From Hemiscyllium ocellatum (lineage: Eukaryota), in NCBI RefSeq assembly GCF_020745735.1, contig NC_083409.1, positions 10,700,978 through 10,764,977 on the forward strand: DNA of 64,000 nt. Direction: 5' to 3'. The stretch's first letter is position 1; every line of letters begins with the position of its first letter. This document shows positions 13,099 through 23,269 of the stretch, in pieces. The notes under the pieces are model-generated. The model searched no databases and had not been told where the DNA came from. It saw only the letters and a list, made by a program, of their open reading frames with translations. Position numbers and translations under genes: made by a program.

Positions 13099-13850
13099 AA
13101 AAAAATTGAAGGGGAGAGGCCATGGATTGAAAATAATTGGTAAAAGAAGCAAAAGTGAGATGAGGGAAAAACATTTTCAGCCAGTGGGTGGTTAAGGTGT
13201 GGAATGCACTGCCTGAGAGTGTGGTGGAGGCAGCTTCAATTGAAACATTCCGAAGGGAATGAGACTGTTATTTGAAAAGGAACAATGTGCAGGGTGACAG
13301 GGAGAAGGCAGGAGAATGACACTCAGTGAATTGCTCATTCAGAGAGCCGGTCCAGACAGGATGGGCTGAATGGCCTCCGTGTGCACTGTAAATACTCTGT
13401 GATTGTGTGATTGAGCAGAGTTAAAGCTGGGGGAGATGGGAACTCGGTGTCTCACTGTGCTGCTGCTGTTGCTGCTGCTGAGGTCAGTGAGATCAGAGAC
13501 TGGGACAGGGAGCCAGAGCTCACATCAAACTCTGCCCCGTGTCCGTCACACTGAGACTGGCAGGAGGCTACTCACTGATTTCACTCCATGCTGCAGGAAT
13601 GGGACCACAAGCTGCAAATGGATAGAGCTCCTCCACACGGTGAGTAAAACTTACTGACTTATATCTTGCTGCTTAAAGGGGCCAATGGAACTAAAGAAAT
13701 ACAGCTGGACACCCTGTTAGACACAGTGCTCCTCAATCAACCACTTCTATCACTGCAGCTCCCCACTAACACCTGCATCAATTCAGCATTTGTGATTTAG
13801 AAAGTTTCAGTATTGAAAGGGTTAATAACGGAGGATTGAGGTTTACTTAC

Positions 13851-13885
13851 TCAGTCTGAGCTTGGTTCCTTTACCGAACGTAAGC
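13851..13885 (-). CDS. IGKJ: Ig light-chain J segment (LTFGKGTKLRL)
   Basis: G CTT ACG TTC GGT AAA GGA ACC AAG CTC AGA CTG A|GTAAGT gives the FGxGT motif and a phase-1 donor at 13850 matching the C exon phase. Confidence 0.97.
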
Positions 13886-13924
13886 CACAGTGAGAGCTCC
13901 CAGTGTAGAGGCTGTACAAAAACC
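13886..13924 (+). promoter_or_regulatory. J recombination signal sequence, 23-bp spacer
   Basis: CACAGTG (13886-13892) + 23 nt + ACAAAAACC (13916-13924); perfect consensus. Confidence 0.98.
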
Positions 13925-14332
13925 TCAGCTCTCTGTTTCCCTCTGTCACTCTCACCCTCTCCCTATTTCCCAGTCTGTCGATCACTCTCACCCTCTTTTT
14001 GCCCCTATCAGTCTCTCCCTCATTCATGTGTCTTTCTGTCTCTGCCTCTGGGTTGTGAACTTTATTTTTTGTTGTTAAATCTTGCAGCTGTTCTTCACAT
14101 GTGACCATGGAGTGTCAGGGGGAAACTTGAGGCCTTCAGTGAGCGTTGAGACACCACAGGGACTGGAGTGTGTCGTGGACAGTGACAATCCCAGCATGGG
14201 GTAATTTGTTCAGTTTCATTTAGATCTAACTGTGGGATATGGCAGTTCAGGCAGTGGGACTGTGTGTCCATTATTATGCATTTTATATAACCGTGGATGT
14301 GTCAGTACAGGAGGTGATTCTGTGTGCTTTGA

Positions 14333-14360
14333 GGTTTTTGTATGGCTCTGTGTCACTGTG
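14333..14360 (-). promoter_or_regulatory. V recombination signal sequence, 12-bp spacer
   Basis: Minus strand CACAGTG (14360-14354) + 12 nt + ACAAAAACC (14341-14333); perfect consensus. V-12/J-23 is the kappa arrangement. Confidence 0.98.
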
Positions 14361-14658
14361 TCGAGGGTTGCTGTAATACTGCTGACAGTAATAGTCAGCG
14401 ACATCCTCATTCTGAACGTTGCTGATTGTCAGGGTGAAACTGGTCCCTGATCCACTGCCGGTGAATCGATCGGAGACTCCTGTGAATCGATTTGTTGCAG
14501 CATAGATCAGGAGAGAGGGTTTCTGACCTTCTCGCTGCTGGTACCAAGCAAGGATGCTGCTAATGCTTTGACTGGCCGTACAGGTGAGTGTTGCGGTCTG
14601 GCCCAGTCCCACTGACAGCACCGGGGAGACTGAGTCATGATGATGTCCCCACTGATAC
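14361..14658 (-). CDS. IGKV: Ig kappa-type V exon, unrearranged; frameshifted by 1 bp in FR1 as assembled (pseudogene or assembly error)
   Basis: Acceptor [24 protein letters not shown], then a shift to [40 protein letters not shown]...[16 protein letters not shown] ending at the heptamer. The ORF track shows the two halves in different frames (14507..14776 and 14283..14621). Confidence 0.95.
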
Positions 14659-14844
14659 CTGAGGGGTCAGAGAGAAACACAGTGAAGTCAGAACTGTCAC
14701 AGAAAGAGCCGGTCAAATGAGAGATTGTTGGAGACACTGAGCATTCCTCTGGTTTCAGCATTTTCCCTTCAATCACAAGTCAGTGGAATTGGAGTGAAAT
14801 GGAGAGCAGCTAAAGATTCAAGGTGGAAGGAGAGAGATTTGTAC

Positions 14845-14893
14845 CTGCGACACAGAATGCCAGGGGCCAGATCAGCTGGATGTGTGAAATCAT
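14845..14893 (-). CDS. V leader exon (MISHIQLIWPLAFCVA/G)
   Basis: CACC-ATG at 14893, hydrophobic signal peptide, phase-1 donor G|GTACAA at 14844 matching the V-exon phase. Confidence 0.93.
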
Positions 14894-14953
14894 GGTGTGT
14901 GCTCCTGTCCCTGTGCCTGGTTCCTGATAAACTCTCCCTTCACTGGGCTCTGC

Positions 14954-15033
14954 TTTATAAAGCTGCAGCCTGTGAGAGTCTGACTGGGTGTTCCTCAGTA
15001 TGTAAATGGCATCAGGCAGAGAGAGCCACGTCA
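14954..15033 (-). promoter_or_regulatory. V promoter: TATA-like TTTATAAA (14954-14961), variant octamer ATTTACAT (15007-15000), TGACGTGG CRE/UPRE-like element (15033-15026)
   Basis: Positions about 60 and 107 bp upstream of the ATG fit Ig light-chain promoter architecture. The octamer has one mismatch to ATTTGCAT. Confidence 0.7.
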
Positions 15034-16029
15034 GCCCCTCACATTTCCTCCTCTCACTCTCTCTCTATCTCACTCTCTTTGTCTCAGAGAGTGATTGATG
15101 TGAACAGCACTGAATGAGGCCACTTGGCCCATTGTGTTTGTGCTAGTAAACAAAGATCTGATGGCACTAATCCCATCCTCCAGCTCTTGGCCCATTACCC
15201 TGGAGGTTACAGCAACACAAGGGAATATCTAAACACTGCTCCAATGTCACAAGAGTTTGTGACTCAACCAGCCTTTCAGGCAGTGAGTTCCAGACTCCCC
15301 CCACCCTCTGGTTGAAAACATTTCTCCTCAATTCTCCTCTCACTCTGCAACTCAACTGGGCCTGGATTCACTCGAGTTTAGAAGGATGAGACGGGATCTG
15401 ATTGAAACATATAAAATTCTAACAGGGCTGGGCAGGGAGGAGGTTCCCCTGGTTGGGGAGTCTGGAACCAGGGGACACAGGCTCAGGGAGATACAGGGTA
15501 GACCATTTAGGACTGAGATGAGGAAACATTTCTTCACTCAGAGGATGGTCAACCTGATGAATTCTCTACCACAAACGGCTGTGGAGGACAAGGAACTGAA
15601 TATATTCAAGAAAAAAGAGAGTTGTTTTGCATTTTAACAGCATGAAGGAAATGGGGAGAAAGCAGCAACACAGCATTGAGAGAGAGGATCAGCCATGATC
15701 ATACTGAATGACACACAAGACTCAAAGGGCCGAATGGCCTGCTCCTGCTCCAAGTTTCTATGCGTCCATGTCTGTGTTACCTTCAATCTCTGTCCCTGGT
15801 TATTGAGTCCTTTACTCTTGTATAAAGTACCTTCCTATGCAACACATCACTGCCAACAATTATCTTATACCTCTCTATCAGGTCCCTCTCAACCTTCAAT
15901 GCTCCAAGGAAAACTGCCCCAACCTTTCCAATCTTTCCTCATAGCTGACCCTCCATCCCAGGCAGCATCCTGGGAAATCTCCTCTGCCCCTTCTCAAGTA
16001 CAATCACATCCTTCCCAGAATGTGGTGAC

Positions 16030-16380
16030 CAGGACCTCTCTCTCTCTCTCTCTTTTCCCCTTTCTGTCTCACATCTGCTACTTTGATCTCTCTACATCTA
16101 TCTCTCTCTCCCACTGTTAATCTCTCTCATATTCCCTCTCTCTCACTCTGTCTCATAGCCACTCTCTCCAACTCACTCACCCTTCCTCACTCTGTATCAT
16201 AATCTTTCTCTGTCTCTCACTGCCTCCGTCACTTGCTCCATCTCTCACTTCAATCGAAAGCCTCCAAATGTTATCTCCCCCTCTCTATTTCTCCCTCTGT
16301 CTCTCCCTCCTTGTCCGCATCCCACTTGACCTCTATTTCTCTTTCTCTGTCTCACTTCTCTCTCTTTCTCAGTGTCCCAG
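16030..16380. repeat. Polypyrimidine/CT-rich low-complexity tract
   Basis: Near-exclusive C/T with (CT)n runs. Confidence 0.85.
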
Positions 16381-16759
16381 GTGGTGACAGTTGAATTCAG
16401 GATAAATCTCTCTCTGCTCTGCCCGACAAATGGATGTTAACCCTTTACCCCAGAAGCATGTCTTCTCCTGGAGTAAAGGCCCATTTCCACATTGACCAGG
16501 TTTTGGTATCTCTCAGGAAGATGGACAGATTCTTGTTAAATGAAGGGCAGTTCTGTGCTGTTGGTCTATTCTCACTGGGGACTGGTTTGGACACAAACCT
16601 CATTCCATGAAGGCCCAGCAGAGAGAGGAGATCCTCAGGCCATCAGTGTGAGCTGGAGGGACAGAACAGGCTCTGACCCACTGACCCATCCTGTCCATTC
16701 ACAACATGTTCCAATCCCTTCCCCTCTCCTTCCCCTTCCATGGTCAGTCTCTGAGTCAG

Positions 16760-18402
16760 TTGGACCATCACACATGTACAACAGAAAGGAACTGAACCCC
16801 ACACCCACCATGGTGTCCACGATGCACTGGACTCTCCAACAGATTCCAGTCAACATGGACATCAGTTCCCGAGAGTGCCCCATAGAGAGACATGGGCCTC
16901 CTTTCCAATGAGCTCCCAAATAGAGACCAGTAAACATGGGCATCATTCCTGCTTGAGCCTCCGATAAAGACCAGTACATATTGGCCTCCTTCCTAATAGA
17001 CTCACCAAAGAAGACCAGTAAACATGGACCTCCTTCTGACTGGATACTCCAAGAAGACCAGGAAATGTGGGCCTCCTATTCAGTTGTCCTTCTAATGGAG
17101 ACCAGTGGATAGTTGAGTTTTTGAAGAAATAGATAGATTAAGATAGATCAGTACACATCGTCGACAAGGACTTTAGCAAGGCCTTAGACAAGGTTCCCCA
17201 TTGTAGACTGCTTAGTAAGATTATATCACAGAGGATCCAGGTAGAGCTAACTAATTAAATATAAAATGGGCCTAATGGTAGGAGGCCGAGGCTGGTGAGA
17301 GAGGGTTGTTCTTCAGACTGGAGGCTAGTGACCAGCTGTCTGCCACAAGAATCGATCCTGGATCCACTGTTGTTCATCATTTATATGAACAATTTGTATG
17401 AGAAAATAGCAGGAATGGTCAGTAAGTTTGTGGCATCGTTAACAGGGAAGAAGGTTATCTAAGAATGCAATGTCATCTTCATCAACTGGACCAGTGGATC
17501 AACAAATCCAGATGGAGTTTAATTTCGATAAATGCAAGGAGTTGCATTTTGGTAAGACCAACCAGGGCAGGAATTGCACAATTAATGGTGGAGCCATGGG
17601 GAGTGTTGTTGAACAGAGAGACTGAGGGGTACAGGTACATAGTTCCTTGAAAGTGGTGTCACAGGTAGACAGGATGGTGAAGAAGGTATTTGGCACGTGC
17701 ATATTCACTGGTCAAAGCAGGGAGTACAGGAGCTGGGACATCATGTTACAGCTGTACAAGGCATTGGTAAGGCCACATGTGGACACTGTGTACATTCCTG
17801 CTCACCCTTCTATAGGAAGGAAGTTATTACACTGGTTTGGATAAAAGAAAGATTAACAGGGATGTTACCAAGGTTGGTGAGTTTGAATTATAAGGCGAGG
17901 ATGGATTGGCCGAGAGATTTTTCCAGTGAATGCAGGAGATTGAGGGGTGACCTTAGACAGGTTTATAGAACCATTAGGGCCATGGATAAGGTGATTAGCC
18001 AAAGTTTTTTTCCCCCCAGGGTAGGAGAGTCCAGTATGAGAAGGAATAGATTTAAGTTGAGAGGGGAAAGAATTAGAAGGGCCCTGAGAGACAACCTTTT
18101 CACACAGAGGATGGTGTGTATGTGTAATAAGCTGCCACAGGAAGTGGTAGAGGTGAGTACAATTATTACATTTCAAGGACATTTTTACAGGAACATGGAT
18201 AGGAAGGATTTAGAGAGGATTGGGCCAAACGCATGCAGATGGAACTAGTTCAGTTTTGGAAACTTGGTCGACATGGATGAGTTGAGCTGAAGGGCCTGCT
18301 GCCACGCTGTAAACCTCTATGGCTCTATGATGATGTAAACATGGGGCACCTTCCCATAGGACCAGTCAACATGGGCCTCCTTCCCATTGTATTGTCCAGT
18401 AC
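16760..18402 (+). repeat. Degenerate 44-bp minisatellite interrupted by a CR1 insertion (17108-18330)
   Basis: GACCAGTAAACATGGGCCTCCTTCC-like unit starts at 16925, 16969, 17013, 17056 and 17100, and resumes at about 18331-18402. Confidence 0.85.
17108..18330 (+). mobile_element. 5'-truncated CR1 LINE
   Basis: YRSWDIMLQLYKALVRPH...FTQRMVCMCNKLP; CTCTATG tail. Confidence 0.9.
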
Positions 18403-18419
18403 CTGAGCTGCAAACCCCA

Positions 18420-18790
18420 CATCTTGTCCATTACGTAGGTCTCTTATTTCAATCTGCACAACATTGTTTGTCTCTGCACTACCTCAGCCTCTTGACCACT
18501 GAAACCCCAATTCCTGCACATCCCACCTCCTGACTCTATGATGTCAATGTCCTCTCCCAGCTTCCTGAAGCCACATTCCATAAACCCCAACTTGTCTGAT
18601 ATGGAGTGGTCCCTTCCCTGTCTTACAACTACAGTTGTTCCAGAATCTGACCTCACTGCCAGCCAATTGCCTCCATAGCCTCCCTCCTCCCTCACTCTGT
18701 GTCCTGCTGTAGACTCACATTCCCTCCCTCCCCCTTCCACCTTCTGTCTCTGGTCTCCTACCCATTGCTGCTTCCTCCATCCCACCATTG
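18420..18790 (+). mobile_element. L2 LINE 3' fragment
   Basis: Degenerate L2 RT C-terminal region, similar to 20240-20680. Confidence 0.55.
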
Positions 18791-20239
18791 ACAGCAGAGC
18801 CTTCAGACCCCGAGAGTATCCTTTCTGCCTTCCTGCCCTTCATCCCTCCCTCTCTCGTTGTTTGTGCTATTGAATATACTGTTCAGTTCCATCACTTTTG
18901 GTTCGCTGTTCCCTTGCCATTGATTTGCTGATTTATTCTGGTAAATCTAGACTGGTGTGTTCTCTGAGTTGGTTCAAGAGTGTTTTGCTTGAGAAAACAC
19001 TTCTGTGAACTGGTTTGTCTGTTTCTTCCAGTCTTTGTGTAAAGGTGAGACTAAGTGTGTAAATGCTGTCATTTCATGGAGCAATCCAGTCAGTCCCACC
19101 CCCTCCCCTACTCGACCCCCAGAGCCTTGCAGGTTTATTTCCATCAAGAGCCCATCCAATCTGCCATTGCAATCACTGAGTGTCTTCACCTGCCTCACCT
19201 GAATGGGCACTAATTTCCAAGTCATTACCAATTGCTGCTAAAAAAAGTTCTTCCTGGCATCCCATATCTCTTGCCCAACAAAATGCAAGGTAATCTCAAT
19301 GTGAAGATGGGATTTTGTCTCCACACGGACTGTGCGGCGGTCACCCTTACTGATACTGTCATGGACAGATACACCAGCAGCAGGCAGGTTGGTGAGGGTG
19401 ATAGTGAGTATGTTTTTCCCTCTTGTTGGTTCCCTCACCACCTGCCCCAGGTCCAGTCTAGCAGCTGAATCAGGTGGAACTTGACCAGCTTGCTCAGTAG
19501 TGATGCTTCTGAGCAGGTCTTGATGGTGGACTTTGAAGTCCCTTACTCAGAGTATATCCTGCATCCTTCTCCCCCTCAGTGCTCCCTCCAAGTGTTGTTC
19601 AACATGGAGGAGGACTGACTGCTCAGTTGAGGTTGGAGTGGAGGGTGGTGCTATGTGGTTATCAGCAGGAGGTTTGCTTCCCCATGTTTGACCTGCTGTC
19701 ATGAGGCTTCATGGATTCCATAGTTAATGGTGAGGACTCTCAGGGCAACTCCCTTCCAACTGTACACACCACTGTGTTGCCTCCCCTGCTTGGTCTATCT
19801 TGCCAGTTAGAAACTGAATGAGGGAACAATTCTGTGCAGGTTTCACAGCTTGGAGACAGAGCTGCTGCTGGATTCTGTTTCTCATCTCCGAGTGCAGCCA
19901 TGTGTGTTTGTGAGAGAATGACAGACACTTTTTCCATCGTTGTGCTGTTTCTGAAAAGAAAAATCCCAGAACCAGCCTCCTGTGCTGTCAGGTTCCAGGG
20001 AGTGCAGATGGTTCACAGTTTTCTCCCATCTCAGTAACAAACACCCAGCAGCTCCGAGCTCCTTCTTTCACTTCCTCTTTTGGTGAAGTTTCAACCTTGT
20101 GCTCTGACAGTCTTTGCAGTTATTTTTTACACTGGGGCTTTCTGCTGTGGTCAGAAACTCTAATAATAAGTGTCCAATCCGTGACAATCACAGCAGCTAA
20201 GAGTAGTCAGGACTGAGGAGCCAGGCTCACTGTGAAACA

Positions 20240-20680
20240 TATTGGGAAGATCAAAGCCATTCCCTTCAGCTCCTGGTATAAACTCCATCCCTCTCCCTGA
20301 GCACTATCTGCTGCTCAACCAGACTCTTTACAAACTTGGCCTCATCTTTGAGGCTGATCTGAGCACCATATCCTCCATCCACAAAGATCAGCCACTGAAA
20401 ATGTCTGTCATGTCCATGGGACTCCAAACATGACCATGCCAATGTTGTGCTTGCACACATCACAGCCACTGCCCTCCGTAACCTTCAGCTCATCCCAAAT
20501 TCTGCTGCCCATATCCAAACTCGCACCAAATCCCATTCCTCCAACCTCCTGCACCCTGTGCCTACATTGGCTCCTGGTCCAGCAACATCTCGATTTTCAA
20601 ATTCTCATCCTTGTTCTCAAGTCCCTCCCTGTCCTCCACTCTCCCTATCTCTGTAACCTCCTCCAAACTGCCTCACTCAG
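20240..20680 (+). mobile_element. L2 LINE 3' fragment
   Basis: LRNLQLIPNSAAHIQTRTKS; LHWLLVQQHLDFQILILVLKSL. Confidence 0.75.
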
Positions 20681-20879
20681 TGTGATCAACAATCTTGGAT
20701 ATATGGCTGTCTATTCCTTCATCCAAGTCATTTAGAAATATCGTGAAATGCTGAGGTTCTAGCCCAATTCCCTGGGGACACCACTATCCACATTTTGCTC
20801 ATTGGAGAGCGCACACATTATCCCTCCTCTCTGTCTCCTCCCTCCAAACTAATTTCTGACCAAAGATAAATATTTTTCC

Positions 20880-21920
20880 CTAACTGGCGAGAATGGGAGA
20901 AAGCAGAGGGACATAGTGGAAGGATACTTGTCAGATTGGAGGCCTGAGTCTAGTGGAGTTCCTCAGGATTGATGCTGGGCCCATTACTGTTTGTCATCAA
21001 TATCAATAATTTAGAAAACATGAGAATAGCCGGTATTGTGGACAATGAGGAAGGTTATCAGATATTGTAGCAGGACCTTGATCAGCTGTGGAGGTGGGAA
21101 AAGAAATGATAAATTGAGTTTAATGTAGATAAGTATGAGGTCTTGCATTTTGGAAAGTTAAATCAATGTAGGAGTTTCATGGTGAATGGTAAGGCCTTAA
21201 GGACTGTAGTGGAACAGTGGGATCTCGGAGTTCAGGTGCACAGTTCTCTGAAAGTTGAGTCACAGTTAGACAGGGCAGTGAAGAAGGCTTTTGGCATACT
21301 GGCCGTCATCAGTCAGGGCACTGGGTGTAGAAGTTGGGAAGTTATGTTTCAATTGTACATGACATTGGTGAGGCTGCACTTGGAGTATTGTGTTCAGTTT
21401 TGGTCACCTTGTTTTAGGAAGGATATTATTAAACTGGAAAGAGTGCAGAATAAATTTACAAGGATGTTGCCAGGTTTCAACATCTGAGTTTTTGGGAGAG
21501 TTTGGACAAGCTAGGACATTTTTCTTAAGAGTGTCGGAGACAAAAGGGGAATCTTTTAGAAGTGTATAAGATCTTGAGAGACATGGATAGGGTGAATGCA
21601 CTCAGTCTTTGTCCCAGGGCTGGGGAATCAAGGACTAGAGGGCATCAGTTGAAGGTTAGAATAAACGGGAACCTGAGGGGCAACATTTTTACACAGAGGG
21701 TGGTAGTCGTATGGAATGAGCTGCCAGCTGAAGTGATTGAGGCGGGTACATTAACAACATTTAAAAGGCATTTGGACAAATACATAGATAGTATGCAATT
21801 TGAAGGATATGGACCAAATGGAGGGAAATGGGGTTAGTGTGGATGGATATTTTGGTCAGCACGGTCCAGTTTGGGCCAAAGGGCCTGTATCTGTGCTGTA
21901 GGACTCGATGACTCTATGAC
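20880..21920 (+). mobile_element. CR1 LINE RT and 3' end
   Basis: MHFGKLNQ...LVRLHLEYCVQFWSP...FTQRVVVVWNELP; GACTCTATGACTCT tail. Confidence 0.9.
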
Positions 21921-21959
21921 TCTACAATTCCATATGTTTCTATGTTTATGAACAGTCTC

Positions 21960-23140
21960 TCAAACATAGAAACAGAGGAACTAGGAGCAGGAGGAGGCCA
22001 TTCAGCCCTTCGAGTCAGCTCTGTCAGTCAATATGACCATGACTGATCATCCAACTTAGTCTCCTGTTCCCATTTTTTCTCCATAACCTTAATCCCTTTA
22101 GTCCTAAGATCTATACCTGTCGCTTTCTTGAAAACATTTAATGTTTTGAGCTCAACTGCTTTCTGTGACAGAATATTCCACTAGCTTCCCACTCTCTGGC
22201 TAAAGAACTGTTCCTCATCTCAGTCCAAAATGGCCTTTCCATTTTCTTTAAACTGTAATTCCTGGTTCTGGACTCTCAAGTCATCATGAACATAATTCCT
22301 GTATTTTCTGGTCTTGTTCTGTTAGGATTTTACAGGTTTCAATGTGATTCCTCTCAAATTTCTAAACTCCAGTGAATATAATCCTAACTGATCCAGTTTC
22401 TCATCAGATCTAAGTGCTGTCCTTCCAGGAATCAGTCTGGTAAACCTTCGCTGCCCTCCCTCCACAACCAGAACATCCTTCCTCAGGTAAGGAGACCAAA
22501 ACTGCACACAACAGAAACATAAAATCACACAGTACAGAAGAGGCCCTTCAGCCCATTAACTGTGTACTAGCCAAACTACAGTAAACCTATACCAGTCCCA
22601 CTTTCCAACATCAGACCCATAGCTTGAATGTTCTGATATTTCAACTGCTCACCCAACTACTTTTTAAAGTTTGTGAGGTTTCCCACGTCAACTACCCTCC
22701 CAGGATGTGCGTTCCAGACCCCCACCACCCTCTGGGTAAAAAACACTTTCCTCAAAACATCTGGAAACCTCCTATCTTTGACATTGAATGTGAGCCAACT
22801 TGTTCTTGACCTTCCCAAGAAGGAGAACAGCTGCTTTCTCTCCTCCCTGTCCATTCCCCTCATAACCTTATACACCTCTACCAGGTCCCCCCTCCACCTT
22901 CTCTGCTCTGAAGAAAACAACCCGAGCTGATCCAATTTCTCTTCATCACTGAGATGTTCCATCCCACACAACATCCTGGTGATTCCCCTCTGCACCCCAT
23001 CCAGTGCAATCACATCCTTCCTACAGTGTGGTGACCTGAACTGCACACAGTACTCCAGCTGTGGTCTCACCAATGTTCTGCTTAACAGCAACATCTCCTC
23101 CTGCTGTTATAACCAATACCTGACATGACAAAGGCAAGTG
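21960..23140 (-). mobile_element. Two stacked CR1 3' fragments
   Basis: CVQFWSPYLRKDV; LVRPQLEYCVQFRSP...FTQRVVGVWN. Confidence 0.8.
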
Positions 23141-23269
23141 TCCCCTGTGCCTTCATAACTGCTCTGTTAACCTGTCTTGCCATTTTCAGGGATCAGTGGA
23201 GAAGCACCCAAGATCACTCTGTTCCTTTGTGCTTCCTCAGTTCAAAGACCAAAGAGCAATGAAAATTAC

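Noticed and set aside
13453-13459. Isolated V-oriented heptamer in the J-C intron, reminiscent of the mammalian intron RS used by the kappa-deleting element
   Set aside because: No nonamer at 12 or 23 nt, and no 23-RSS partner at the downstream heptamers checked (1388, 1824). CACAGTG is frequent in this window, including in every SINE head.
13436-13657. Plus-strand ORF with a signal-peptide-like start (MGTRCLTVLLLLLLLRS)
   Set aside because: The Leu run comes from a (CTG)n microsatellite antisense in the J-C intron. No TATA/octamer, wrong intron phase for an Ig leader, and no downstream exon recognised.
13722-13728. Extra J-oriented heptamer, possible second J
   Set aside because: No nonamer at either spacing and no FGxG-coding sequence adjacent.
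13885-14361. Germline-joined VJ, known for some shark light-chain genes
   Set aside because: V and J are separated by 475 bp with both RSSs intact.
16925-17107. CRISPR-like repeat-spacer periodicity
   Set aside because: Vertebrate DNA, no cas genes, repeats degenerate and spacers related to one another; treated as a minisatellite.
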